From NCBI RefSeq assembly GCF_009914755.1, contig NC_060925.1: 64,000 nt of DNA. One strand, given 5' to 3'. Source of the DNA: the human T2T-CHM13v2.0 reference genome, Homo sapiens. The stretch's first letter is position 1. Each line of letters starts with the position of its first letter. The notes under the pieces are model-generated. The model searched no databases. It worked only from the letters and a program-made list of their open reading frames with translations, and was not told where the DNA came from. The position numbers and the translations under genes are program-made. Positions 1-15,901 of this stretch are shown one piece after another.

Positions 1-826
1 TCTTTCCTTGTAGCAGGAAACTGAGGAGGGTCACTCTCCCAGATAGTGGAAGGCAGGTGGAATTGAGTGTGCTGTTTATAAACTCTGTCCTGAGGTTTTA
101 CTCTTCCAGAGGTCTCTTTTCTCGACAAATACTTAATGCGCATGACATCACCTGAACCCAGAAGTGCTAGCTAGAGAGAAGTGATTATCTGGGGCCAGAA
201 CCTTGCATTTGCTTGCCTTCCTAGGGAAAGACCCTATTGTTAACCCTGGAGATTCCCTCCTTTCAATGCTGAAGGCCTTTAAAGGGTCTAGAGACTGTAG
301 AGCAACATTTTGTTTCCTGTTTATATTTTTTGGGTTTGTGTTTGCTTTTGTTTTTTGCATTTCTTCCCCTTGTCAGTCTTTGTCCTTCCTGGTCCTGATG
401 CACTTCAATATTTCTGGATGTGCTGTACTATAATCATAGGCCTTCTTAATATGGGTGTATCCTGTCTTCTTTATTTAGAATTCTGCGGACTGGGAATTCC
501 CTAAGGGAAAGAGCCTTCTTCCTTTCTTTTTCTAATCTTCCTCCACCCTTTTTTGTTCTCCTCCCTTTTGTACCTCCACAACACACCAGGAGGTGTACCG
601 CCTCCATCTAGACCACAAACTGTACTCTCAGGGTACCCATGGCCAAGAAGAATGACACACACACACATCACACATACATTCAGCATGTCTCACTGTTACC
701 TCTGAGAGGAAGTAGGAGAACCTATATTAATCCTCTGAGCTCATCAGGACAGGAATCCCCAGCTCCAATGTCCTGGGTTGGGCCTAGAATTATCCCACTA
801 TTTTCTACAGGCTGCTCTCTCTCTCT

Positions 827-1119
827 CTTTTTTTTTTTTTAAGCAAGGTCTTGCTCTGTCACCATGCTAGAGTGCAGTGGTGTGATCATAGCTTACCGCA
901 GCTTCAAACTCCTGGGCTCAAGCAATCTTCCCTCCTCAGCCTCCTAAGTAGTGGGGACTACAGGCACATGCTACCACACCCAGCTAATTTTTTATTTTTT
1001 GTAGAGACGGTGTCTCACTGTATTGCCCAGGCTGGTCTCAAACTCCTGGCCTCAAGCGATCCTCCTGCCTCGGCCTCCTGAGTCTCTGGGATTACAGGCA
1101 TGAGCCACTGTGCCCAGCC
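827..1119 (-). mobile_element. Alu (AluJ-like)
   Basis: Poly-T followed by an antisense Alu dimer with J-type features. Confidence 0.9.
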
Positions 1120-2015
1120 TCTTCTCTCCAATTTCTTTTAGGACCTTGTAGTATGGAGTATGCCTTAGCTTCTTCTAGGCTCTTCCTGTGGTTGCATGGC
1201 CTTAACTGAGTGAGTCACTTCACCTTTAAGACCATATGCTCTAAAATCTGTCAAAGAATGATATTGTCAGTCCTGTCTATCTTAAAAGATTGTTGCAAAG
1301 ATCAAATGTCAGAGTGCTTTGAAAACTGTGAAGCATTATCCACATGTGAGTTCTTAACAGAGTTCCTTTACTCTCATGAACTCTTTCTGTCTTTTTACTT
1401 AGTCTTGCTGACACCACTTAAAAAGGAACCTCAGACAGATAGATTCCCCAGATATAGCTGCAAAAATTAGAGATTCTGGAGAAGTCTGGGAATGGGGAGT
1501 ACCAATGTCCTCCTGGTACACAGAGCCAAGGGTCCAGATCCAGGACTGGAAAGTATAGGAACACGGTGGCCAGAGGCACGGGGAGGCTCTGACAGAGGGG
1601 CAGGAGCAGTTTGCCTCCACTGTTCAGTGGCTTCTTAAGATACTTGATCTTCATCCAAGGGCAAGGGCCTTTGCACATGAAAAAAGTAATAATCCTTTCA
1701 ACTTTGGTATGGGGTAGATGACTTTTTGATCCCCATTTTTTTAGATGAGGAAATGAAGGCTCAGGGAGAATGGATTTGGAGGAGGTTTGGCTGAGAGGCA
1801 CTGGTGCTACTTGGGAAGGACTTCATGGGAGAGCCTGTGAGCTGTGAGGGGCAGGAGCCTGGCCCGGGTGCAGGGGCCCCACGGGGCTGGCCACTTTGAC
1901 ATCTTCAGCTCTGGCTCTGGTGCATCCCCATGTCAAACTGGATTCACTACTGGTTTTCTTCCTTAGATATTTTTCAGGATTTGGTGACCCAAGGGAATGC
2001 CAGGTTGACAGTTAA

Positions 2016-2334
<319 letters not shown>

Positions 2335-2734
2335 CTTAAGGTACTTTTAAAGATTTTAGAAAGGTGAATATAGCCCACAGGAGCAAGGCCCATCTGGCAA
2401 AACTTAGGGTGGATTTCATCTCCCAAACCACCTCCTTACCTGGTGCCCATGTTCAGGGCACATGCTACCTGACTGTATGTAGCAGCTCTGGAAAGAGAAG
2501 GTTCCCCTCTGCTCAGGCTGAGCCCTTAGTGGGAGGCCCACGCTGTGATGAGCTCTCTCCTGCAGCAGCTTGATGGCCACAAGCTGGCAGCAGGGGAAAC
2601 CCTAGAGGTTTTGGGTAGGCACAGGCTAGCAGGCGTGGGAGATGTTTCTGCCCTTCCTTTGACACCCAATACAGATTTCTTTGCCTCAGGTGTCTCTGCC
2701 CCTGTCCTGCTTTCCTGTCAAGATTGTGTAGCCT

Positions 2735-3033
2735 TGGCCGGGCTCGGTGGCTCACGCCTGTAATCCCAACACTTTGGGAGGCCGAGATGGGCGGATCACG
2801 AGGTCAGGAGTTCAAGACCAGCCTGGCCAATATGGTGAAACCCTGTCTCTACTAAAAATACAAAAATTAGCCAGGCACAGTGGTGCGTGCCTGTAGTCCC
2901 AGGTACTCAGGAGGCTGAGGCAGGAGAATCACTTGAACCCGGGAGGCGGAGGTTGCAGTGAGCCGAGATTCACAGCACTGCACTCCAGCCTGGTGACAGA
3001 GCTAGACTCCATCTCAAAAAAAAAAAAAAAAAA
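2735..3033 (+). mobile_element. AluS
   Basis: Full sense Alu with A-tail; TSD ATTGTGTAGCCTT. Confidence 0.92.
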
Positions 3034-4163
3034 ATTGTGTAGCCTTTTTATCCAGTGCTCAGCACAATATTTTGCTAATACATGCTTAAATGTAAAATGA
3101 GGGGATTTGTTTAGACTTTTCCATCTACGTGGCTATGATTATGGGATTCTTGTTTGATGTAGTTGGTGGGAAAAGCAGAGGACATGCTCCCTGAAAAGAC
3201 CAGGAACTTACTGGCTAGTATTGTTACTGGTGATAAAATTGTGACAGGTCTGACCTGCCTCCTAGCTTGTGGTCAGCCTACCTGCTTTGAGAAGGTGGTG
3301 GAGCATACGTGGTAATTAACCTACAGTGGTGCCACAGTTGCTGCTTCTGGGTAGAGCAGAGCGGTGAGCAACTCTGTCTCCTTTCCAAGCTGGCACCAGC
3401 TCAGGAGGAAGCATCCAAGGGGATTCTCATAAGCCACAGAGAACTGCCCATGAGTATGAAAGGGAATTCCTGGGCCAGGTGGCCACACTCAGCTGACAGC
3501 TCCTGCTGGGAGGAATGGTAGCATTTTGGTTTCTTACAATGTTCTCCTCCATCTGGCTCCTTTGAAATGAGAGTTGAAAGGGTCCTGACCAGGGGACCTG
3601 CAGGAGGTGGACAGCAAGGCAGGCCTCAATTCTGGAAACAGCACCTCCACACATCACTTCTGGGGATAATTATCTCATCTGCCCTCTTTCAGGCAAAACT
3701 CAGAGTCTTTGGAGGGCCTTCGCTTTCCCAAAGTAGCTTAATTTTGGCCCCCGTTCTTCGTGCCTCCTAGGTTTTGTTGGGTGGACATTTAGCATAGTAG
3801 AAAGCTGACTCCTCTTCCTATTAACCTCCTAGGTTTATCTCACCATCTGAATAGGGCCTTATAATCCTACAAATGAGGCCTCTCTCCCTATGCTCACCAG
3901 GAAAAATTGAACTCTCAAGACTGTCCATTTTCTTTGCCCTGTTATGGAAACTTCTCTTCCTTTTGCCATATCCCCCTCTTATCTTGGCTCTTGAAACTAT
4001 TCCCTTAGGAAGAAAAAGGCAGTTCCCTTCCTGCCCTTCTTTTGAACCAAACTTCTGTTTGTGGTCTTGGAAACCATGACAACCTGGCCTAAGAAGCCAC
4101 TTTGACCATCTTGGAAGTTAATATTTCAGTGCTGTGTACTCACAATTGTGAGCTCTCTAGCAC

Positions 4164-4515
<352 letters not shown>

Positions 4516-6636
4516 TGAGAGGAGAAAGTTTCAAACAAAGCAACCCTAGATAATCCTTCTACAAGTACATTAGCAAAGGAGCAATGTTCCCTGTAGGTTC
4601 TAGGGAGTGGATATGGGCAGCATTCGCTGGCAGTCTGGAGTAATGTTCTGGAGTGTGGCCTATACTTATTTTTCCTGTGCTCTTTTCTTCTTTCCTCTTC
4701 TCACAATTGCTCAGTTACTCAGTAGACTAGTGTTGGAGGTAGCTATCTTTTCACTTACACCAACTTTTTTTTCTTTCTTCTCCTCGATATGTTTGTCCTT
4801 CTTGCTCGGGTGCTACCTTTTAAAGCCCAAAGTTGGGAATCCAGGGAGCTGCAATGATTAACTGCAGGAGCCCAGTGGAAGAATTCCACAGCCTTAGACG
4901 GCAAAGTTTCCATAGCCTCACTGCCGTGGGACTTCCCCCGCATGAAGGCGAGCTCTCTTTCTTGGTCTGGCCATTGGAGGAGGGAGGGAAGACAGCAGTC
5001 TGGCGTGTCCTCAGCTTCTCTGAGGACTTGGCTGCTTACAGAGAGAGGGCCCAGTGACAGGAACCCTAAAGGGAGGAAAGTGACCCCCTCCCCACCACAC
5101 TGAAAAAGATCCCTCTCTGGTGATGAAGATCTTGCTAATTTGGAACAGCTGGCCAGGGTGTGTTAGACTGGGGGAACTGGGGGAAAGCTTGCTCTGGCAA
5201 TCTTCTGCAGAAACAAATAGCATGAGATGCCTACGAAAGTTTCACTCTGCTTGGATAGGATGTGTGATGCTACTCCTCCTCTGCGAATCCTTGTGTAGTG
5301 GTGGGGAAAGAGAGAAGAAAGCAGCCTGTCACCAGGGGTTGGATTTTAGCATCCATATGTCTATTCCCCACCATGCTCTGTAGGCTCAGAGTGGAACGGA
5401 GGTGGAACAGTGGAGCCATCTTGCAGCTTGTAGTTGGGTAGGACTAGCTTATTGTGTTCAGTTCTTGAGTGGTCAGCTTCTTTGGGAACCCTGAAAGGAG
5501 CCAGGGTCAGATTGTAGTGCCTTTTTAATCTGTCTAGTCTTCTGCCTCCATCAAGCCACTCCCCTATTTATGCTAGATTGGGAGCTTGGCTGAGCATACT
5601 ACATCCTGACTTTGGTGGTTTGTTTTGTTTTTTTCATTTTTTAGACGGCTATAGTTACTATAACTGACTTTTGTATTTAATCCATGGGAATATTCTCCCA
5701 TCCCTCCCCTTCCCCCACCTAGAGTCCTCAGTGTTAACTGTTTATCTCTACCTCCAATGTAGTTAGTTCCCACATAAATATTTGACTTAGACAAGCAAGC
5801 TCCAGATGGACTGGGGAGAATGCAGATTGGCTCATGGAATCTGGTCCCACATGCCTTTGACCCATCATCCGTGACCCCAGTGACACAGATGGGTCCTGGG
5901 TTGGTGCTGGCTGTGGCAGCCCCACAAGTGCCTGACTTGCTTTTCAGCACATTCCTGCTCCTTCCACTATGTGAGCCACTGTGGACTAGGACAGGACTGA
6001 TTGGTTTCAGAAATTATCCAGGCAAGGATCAATCCAATTAGGCTGTCCCTGGAGATGTGGGAAAAGAGAATGAGAGAGATTGAGAGATTGAAATAGACAG
6101 ATAGATTGGGGAGAAGGAGGTAGGGGAAGGGATACACATAAGTATGGGATAATAAAGTCAGAAGTTTGGGAATGAGGTATAGAGAAAAATGGGGAGGTGG
6201 AAATAATTTGGTGCTAGGTATTCTTCTTATGATCTTGGTAGCTTAGGGCTTTAGAAATAAAATAATCTAGAAAATATCTTATTTTTTCACTTCCTACAAA
6301 CCTCCGACCACCATCCCACCGTTCTTCCAGGTTTTGCCTTGGAGGTTGAAGTGGTGTTTAAAGTGGTATGTATAGGAGTTTAGAATCAACTGGGTTGTGT
6401 TCACCTTTGCCTCTCCCTAGAGAGTAGATGGATTCCTTCAGTGATGGCTCATTCCCCTTCTATCTGCACCAAAACCTCTGTGACTGTGTCCTGCAGATCA
6501 AGGGAGATGTGCCATCAACCATTCATTCAGTCTGCCAATTTTAAGGTGCAAAGAATGTGGGCAGATGGAGCAAGTGCTGAAGGAGTGGTGCCTGGGTCTT
6601 ACTGATTGTCTCTGGAGACTGGATCCCTTTCCAGGA

Positions 6637-7087
<451 letters not shown>

Positions 7088-7391
7088 TGATGACACAACC
7101 TTTCTGCTCACTTGGAAGAAAAATACACAATACTCTCCACTTTCTCTCCCCTGAGAGACTTCCATCAACAATGACCAGCTGGGGCTGAGTCACCTCTTTG
7201 CCTGCCCTTTGTCTCTTTCAACAATGAGCCCTGTGTCCATCACTGTGGATGCGAGCCCTTTGGAATAGATGTTCTTTCTAGTCCATGAGTTTTGGAAGCT
7301 CACTCTACCTTGGGACACTGAAATATGTCTGCATCTCTCTTTGTCTTTTTATGTATTCCCAAGTAATGGCCACTCGGCTTGAGTTCATACT

Positions 7392-7696
<305 letters not shown>

Positions 7697-8534
7697 GAGT
7701 TCATACTCTTAACCTAGGAAGAGAAGCACAGCTTATCTGGAACCTTAATTCATAGTTAGTACTTTTCCATCAGCCTACACCCAACAGTCCAGGACTATAC
7801 CTTTTTCATCTGTGGACTCTTTCCTCACCTCTCCCTTCTCCCTTCCCACCCTATAGGAACTAGGATGCTGATGATAGTTGGTTTGACAGGTTTAGAAGTG
7901 ATGCCTGCTCTGCTCTTCTGACCTCAAGGTTCTGCCAAGACTGATTTTTATCCCAAGTTCTGATTTCTCCAACAAGAGCTTATGAGCTAACCAGGGCTGT
8001 CAGTTAGGACTTTAACCTCTCCTGGGGCACCAGAAGGGTGCTTCCCTGATGGGAGCGTCAGTGTCTTCCCCCTTCTCCTGCCCTCTCTCCTCCCCGTGGG
8101 GAGTGTTCTCATCTATATCCTTTCTGAGCCATGGTGGCATCTGGGAGACATTCAGTTATCATATGAGATGGGAGGAAATGGAACAGTCTATGCAATTTGC
8201 TGTTTTTAACACTGCCCTAACTTTATTTTTATCTGGTTAATATGTCTGTTGGCAGTAAGAGGTTTTTAATCTCCTAATAAGTGTATACCAATCCAAAAGA
8301 AGCTGGAATAAGGTGGGGAGAAGGGGTTGATAAATTCCTGCAGCATCTTTATATTCCAACTAGCTGTTTCTGAAAGGTGACTCTTTCTCTTACTCACATG
8401 TTGTTTAGTGATTGACGACCTATAGCATATTTATTAGTCAGTTCACGCTTTCAGCTCAGTTGTGTGTATGTGAGTGTGTGCATGCCTGTGATTAATTACC
8501 ACATTGACTTGTGACTCCCACTTTCTTGACCTTC

Positions 8535-8677
8535 ATTTTTTTTCTTTATTTTGTTTAGATAAAAAAAATAAGTCTCACTATGTTGCCAAGGCTGATCTCA
8601 AACTCCTGAGTTCAAGCAATCCTCCCTCCTCAGCCTCCCAAAGAGCACGATTATAGGCGTGAGCCACCGCACCTGCC
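8535..8677 (-). mobile_element. Alu left monomer (FLAM-like)
   Basis: Antisense left arm only. Confidence 0.75.
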
Positions 8678-10102
8678 TCTCCTGCCCATCTTGAACCACC
8701 TATGGCCCTTATTTCTTTTCTTCTTTGCTATTTTATTTTTGGTTGAGGGAGTCAAGGCAGAGGGCCATAGTACTTCCATCGAATAGATGCAGACTGACCT
8801 CTGATCACTCCCTAACCCCTCGGCCAAAAACCTTTCCCACGTCTCTGGTGCCCGAGACATATGTGTCTAGGGAGGAATCAGCTGCACTGTTACTCATCCA
8901 TCAGCATCTGAACCTTGCATGCTGACTCTGTGATGCTGACTAAGGGTCCTCACCACCTTGACTAAAATCTTGGGTCTTGCTATGCAGAAGTAGCCCTTCA
9001 CCCCAAAGCTAAGGAGAAAGGATTGGATGAAAGTTCTCTGTAGAAGTGGAGGAAACACGTGTCTCCTCAGAGGTACCTCTAGAGGTTGTTCTCTGCAACC
9101 CTCCAGCTAGAGTGAGCAGGCTCCTTGCCTGGGTGGCACTGCTACCCACAGAGGGGATGGGGGCTTCGAAGCTCTCCTCCCACGACACCTGGTGAATCCT
9201 CCATGTCTTCCTCCCTTGATACTGGCAGCTGGTGGGGGCTGGGGGGAGGGAGGAGTGCTGCTGTTAGAGCAAGAAGACAAAGTGGCTTTGTCTCTTATCC
9301 GTAATATAAGTGCAGGGAGGTGAGAAGACCCTGGGGTTTGGCGTTTCTCCTTGAGGAGCTGAGCCAGAGGCAGGGCTTTGGTTCCTAAGTGATTAGAGGC
9401 CTGCATGGCCAGAGGCCGCACCTTCCCTTTTGGAAAGGAGCTCACCCACACTCCTTGCTTCCATCTTCCCCTTCCTGGCTCAAGTCATAGGCTCTATTTT
9501 CTGGCTATCCTGTTTTTGTTCCTGAGTAAGTTGCGGTGGCTCTTTTTTTTTTTTTTTTTTTTTTAAGCTGATTTAGGGGGTTGGGAAAAGAAAACTTTAA
9601 AAGTAAAATAATAAAAAACAGACCACTCTGTCATTACAGGCACATAAATAGCTTTACCGTCGCTGGGCTGCACACTCGCTTTGCCATAGCAACCTAAAGC
9701 GACTGTTTATAACAGCTTGTCAACTGGCCTGGAAACCAGCAGCTGCTGCTGGCCGCCCTGGCCTCGGAGCAGTGGGCAGGCGCTCCCTGAGAGGTGTTAT
9801 GGAGGCGGTGAGCCTGGTGCTTCTTCTGGAACCGTGGGGGATGGCAGGGGAACGGCAGCCTGGGTTCCAGAGGCAACCAGGGGCAGTAATGTTTTGGGAG
9901 CCAAAGTGAGCAGCGAATGTCTTTTGTTTTTGTTTTCCCCTCATCTGTGTATGGGCCCCAGCATCGCTCATCTCCTGTGGAGATAGAAGACAGGGCTGGG
10001 AGGGGATTTGCTCCACTGGAACCTGAAAGGGGCCTGGGTGTCCCTCTGAACCTCACGAGGTGGCTTGTTTTAACTTTTCGAATAGACCTTGGCTTCTGTT
10101 GT

Positions 10103-10270
10103 AGCCTGTTGAGTGACATCCTCTCAAGTCTGTTTTCTCAAAGACTAAAAAAATGTGGGCTTTTTCAGGGCTCTGTCTGGGAAAGGGGGCTGCCCAGAGA
10201 TAAATGGAAGCAGAGATCAGCAACCTGGAAGGACTAGCAGAGGGAGAGGGAAGAGTGAAGGAGACACATG
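10103..10270 (+). repeat. ~160-bp dispersed direct repeat, copy A
   Basis: Aligns with 12982-13143; shares an identical 32-mer GAGTGACATCCTCTCAAGTCTGTTTTCTCAAA. Confidence 0.9.
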
Positions 10271-10339
10271 GCAAGATCTTCCTGTGCCTTCCCATGTCAG
10301 CCTGGAGCTGAAGGGGTTCATGGGAATGCTTTGGAACCT

Positions 10340-10542
10340 CGCAACATTTTCAAAGTGTGGTCCCCAGACCAGATGCATCAGCTCACCCTGTTAAGGAACT
10401 TGTTAGGAGTGCACCTTCCCAGGCCCCACCTCCGTTCTTGTGCACCAGAAACTCAGGAGTTGGCAGGGAGGGGCCCAATAGGTTTGCCCCAGTTCTCCAG
10501 AGGATCCTAGTGCTCACTCTGGGTTTGAGAACCACAGCTCTA
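10340..10542. mobile_element. MER5A-like hAT-Charlie DNA transposon fossil
   Basis: TCAAAGTGTGGTCCCCAGACCAG...TTTGAGAACCACAGC termini typical of MER5A. Confidence 0.7.
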
Positions 10543-11664
10543 AAACATTACTCAAGTGCAAGGAAGCATGATCAGTTCGCTTTCCAAAGGCCTAGGCTGA
10601 CTGAATGGATCCTGTCTGTGCAATATGTGAACAAGGAAGAATAAAACAGGCGCAGAGGGGTGGCAGGTTATTAGCGATCATTCCTGGCCACCTTTTTTAA
10701 TAAGCACTGTCTTTTCAGCATGGAGCCCTCGCTGATTTGCCTGTGACTTCCAGGAAATAAGCCCAGAGAAGGCTGGAATAGGTAAAGCGGGGATGGGAGG
10801 TTCTCTGTACTCTGTACAGGTGAGACTGTCAGAGTGGAGAAAGGGAATGGGAGCAGCCAGGCCTGATGACCAGTATGGGACATGCTGACTAGTATCTGGG
10901 CCACACAGGAATGTTGTTTTAAGTCCTCTCCTGCTGAGCGTCTGGGGACAGAGCAGCTGCCCCTGGTGCTCCCTTTTGGTGGATGAGATGTGGCCTCCTC
11001 AGTCTGTGGCCAGGCAACTTCTTCCCCCTTGTCCTGAGGACTCCACCAGATCCTGAGGCCTGGGAACAACCAGGTCCCGACCCGGTAGCCCAGGGAGATG
11101 ACCCCTCTCCATAAGCATGACATGATTCTGCCGAAATTCGTTTCTAAAAATAACCTAGGATCCGATCCAGCTGCTAAAAAGCCCCTTTGTTCCCTTGAAA
11201 CCAAAATATGGAAAGCCACAGCAGCCCCAAGAAAGACAGTCTATGTAGTCCAAGAGAGTGCATATACGAAATACTTGAATGCTGCTGCCGGAGGGCTGCG
11301 TCCTGTCTGTGGCCTAGAAGCTTCCTGCCGCAGCTCTGAGGAGTGAGTAGCGGTTATCGTTGCTAACCCTTATCCTGAGTGAACGGGGTCAGGAGAGGCT
11401 GCCAGTACCCCTTTTGTTAAACAGACCTTCCAGATGGCATTGTCACTTCCACCTGAAGGTGGCTCTTGTCCTCCTTAAACAACTGAAGGAAATGGTGAGC
11501 GCTGCTGTTTCATCCTCTACATTTTTTTGAGCTCTAGCTTGCTGTGAACACCCCTACCTCCACCCCATACATCCTCTGAGTCACTGGAGGACACAGAGGT
11601 GACCCAGGCCAGTGTGACTCACACAATTTGAAAGAGGTTGGCTTTCCCAAGGCTCTGGGCCTGA

Positions 11665-12232
<568 letters not shown>

Positions 12233-12981
12233 TCAAGATGGAGCCAGTGGCCAGGGGTCAGGGGGACAGCCGTGCCCTCACAGGCACATTCCTGCTTCCT
12301 CCCACCACACTGTTTCCCTACCCATGCCCTGGAGCTTTCTGTCTTCATCTTGGTGGTTCTTAAAACCTGTGACATGGGTTGGATCTTAGCCGACCAGGTG
12401 ATCAGGATCAGGCTGTCAACCTTGGGTCAATTCTTGGTATCGCTGTTTGGAGAAAGCTTTTGTCATCTATGGGTCCTACCTTCTCCCTGCCTTCTGAAGG
12501 CATCTGACCAGAACTGGTAAGTTTTGCCACCATTATCACTGCACAGCATATCCTAGACAACACAGCCACTCCAAGACTGAGAGGTATTTTATTTTTATTT
12601 TTTGGATCTCAGATCACCATAGATAATGTTCCAGTGAACATCCTTGCACATGCCCCCTCCAGGCCCTGGATGAGGATTTCTTTGGAAGATGTAGCCAGAA
12701 CTAGATGACTGGGTCCACAGCATGCATAGATGTAGTTTGACCAAAAAGCACCAAGTGATTCTGGGGAGGAGGGATGAATTCTGGATTCCTGAGACCCAGG
12801 GGCTACGAGTGACACGTTTTCTCCGATTAGATGCTTTGACTCTAGTACTACCTTTTTCGGTGGAATTGAAGAAGGTGCTGTCAGAGTAGCAGACTTGGAG
12901 AGGGGGAAGTAAGTGAGGGAGGCCCGTGGATACCACCTCCTAACCAGGAAGTGGCGTTCTATCTTCAGAAAGAGAGAACTG

Positions 12982-13143
12982 AGCCTGCGAGTGACATCCT
13001 CTCAAGTCTGTTTTCTCAAAAACTAAAAGGATGTGGGCTTTCCTTGGGTCTCTGGGAAAGGGGGCTGTCCTGAGATGACTGGAAGCAGAGACTAGCAACC
13101 TGGAAGGACTATAGGGGGGAGAGGGAAGAGCAAAGGAGACATG
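12982..13143 (+). repeat. ~160-bp dispersed direct repeat, copy B
   Basis: Aligns with 10103-10270. Confidence 0.9.
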
Positions 13144-14663
13144 AACCAGAACCCAGAACTTCAGGAAGGGAGTACCCCACCCCCAGGAGGCTAAGTTCTA
13201 GGGGCTAGCTGAAAATTAGCATCAGATTCCCTGACCAGGCCATGGTATACTATCCCATGGTGAGGCCAGAGGCCTGGCTTGGTGTGCCCGCCCTCACCTG
13301 GCTTCCTGGCTTGGGTGTGGCTGTCGGATGATGATGACAAGTGGTCCCACCCGCCACCTGAACTTTAGCCAACACCTGCTGCCTCTGACCTTGTTCCCAT
13401 GCCTCCAAAGGGCCTCAGTAGGCTGAAGGAGGGCATGTGCTCTAGTCTGCTTCTGCAAACCAGTTGGCATTTAAGGAGCAATTAGGGCAGGGCAGACATG
13501 GGGAGGGGAGGAAGAACCCGGGATTGTGATGAGGATGGCTGCCAGACCTGAGGGATTGGAAGTGGCCAGGGTGAACTAGAATCTGGGTCATGGAAATAAG
13601 GAGCCTGTGATAAGGAGGCGGGCAGAACAGCCTCTGCCTGAGATTCACACCTCCGGAGAGAAGGGCTAGCCAGGGATGTTTTAGGCTAGGCAGCCTACCA
13701 TGGTCAGGTTCTTGCCAGCTTTCTTGATAGGGCACTGTCCTTTGGAAGCGTAAGAGTGCCAGAGAGAAGGAGTAGAGCTTAAACCCCCCAAGGTGGTGCA
13801 CAGGAAACAGCCCTGCTGGAAACAAGAGAGAGAATGCAGAGCAGGTTCTCCCTCTGTGCTTCTCCCAGATCACCAGGGGGAGCAAGGCCAAGAGCATGAG
13901 ACGACTGAGTGGAGGAAGCCCTCATCCCCACCACTGGGCTTTCCAGGCAGGAATTGGATATGCTTGGACTCACAGCAATCTAGAGCCCAGTGCTTTCTGG
14001 CTTGGGGTGGGGGTGGGGTGAGGGGAGGGGAGGACAAGGGGGAAGGGAGGGTGTCTGCTCCCAAAAAGCTTTGAGTCTATCCCTATGCCTTCCCAGAAAG
14101 TTTACAAGAGGTAGATATTTCCCTGACCTATTTCAGTGCCTTTAGGAGTCAGGAACAAGGGACAGATGGGTTTATGTGAGCCTTCTCATCAAGGTTTAGG
14201 AAGTAAGCTCATAGTTTGTTTACATTTTTTTTATATCATTGTTCTTGCACTTGAGGCAAGGTGGCTTTGAATTCAGATTAGGGCACAAATCTGGCTCTCT
14301 GAATCTATATTTCCCTGCTATAAGAAGGAGAGGTCCTTCTTATAGGGTTGTTGGTGAGAATTCAATGAAACAGTGTATGTAAGAATGATAATAGCTACAG
14401 TGTGTGGACCAGCCACTATGCCAGGCACTACATAATACATAGGGGTATGTACATAATTTCTAATTTTCATATGAAGTACCTAGTATGACTCCTAGCACAT
14501 GGTAGGTGCTCAACAAATATTTTTTTCCCAACCTTCCCACCTCTCCCAATCCCACATCCCTGTTCCTGAGTATAGGGAGAAGTAGAGCCTCGCTTGGAAT
14601 GAGGGAGACTGACTCTAGGTCAGAAAAAAGACTACGGGTTTTCTGAGGGACTCCTAAAGCAGG

Positions 14664-14963
<300 letters not shown>

Positions 14964-15591
14964 TGAAGCAGGTTTTATATTGTAGCTGGGTGCATTCTAA
15001 AGTGGGACCAGGCTGCTTCCCCTCTCCAGAGGTCTTCCCTTCCTCACTCATCAAGTCCTGCCTGGCAGTGATGCTGGCACCCCTGCCAGAGTATCTCCAA
15101 GTGCTACTGGCTTGCTCCTGAGCAGAGGCTCTCAGCCCATCGGGGAAGGACAGAGTAGGGCAGGGCAGGGAAGTGTCTGCTCCACTGAGCAGCCCCTGCC
15201 TGTAGCCCAGAAGCCAGAGTTGACCAGAGCCTCTTATTATTCCAGGCAGGTCTGTCTGCAGTGCTGCAGCAGCCTGAAGCCCTAGCCCCGGGCCCCTCCT
15301 GTTTCCTTTCTCCCATTTTTATGCATCACATCACATTCAATAGGAGCATTTAGTAGCGGGGAGACTCAGGGGGTGAGTTCCTTTCATATTTTCAAATATA
15401 CCCTACTCTATAACCTATACAAGGTATCACTCTTTTTCCTCATAGTTTGGGGATGTATTTCTTCTTTAGCAGCCTGGGAAAGCTAAAAGTAAAAGATTCC
15501 TTGGACAAAATTGGAGGAAAGTGTGTCTGACTAGTGTTTACACTTTGGTGACTTAGGTTCTTGTCTCTGGCAGCTCCTCATTTCTAGAGGC

Positions 15592-15901
15592 TTTTTTTTT
15601 TTTTTTTTTTTGAAGTCAGGGTCCCACTTGGTTTGCCCAGGCTGAAACTAAGTGATATGAACACAGCTCACTGCACACTGCAGCTTCCACCTCCCAGGCT
15701 CAAATGACCCTCCCACCTCAGCCTCCCAACTTGCTAGGACCACAGGTGTGCGCCATCATGCCCAGCTAATTTTTGTATTTTTTGTAGAGACAGGGTTTCA
15801 CCGTGTTACCTAGGCTGGTATCGAACTCCTGAGTTCAAGCGATTCTCCCGCCTCAGCCTTCCAAAGTGCTGGGATTACAGGCAGGAGCCACGGCACCTGG
15901 C
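15592..15901 (-). mobile_element. Alu (AluJ-like)
   Basis: Antisense dimer with poly-T. Confidence 0.88.

Noticed and set aside
10671-11219. Longest non-exonic ORF (182 aa, minus strand)
   Set aside because: No recognisable domain or exon structure; an ORF of this length can arise by chance in 64 kb across six frames.
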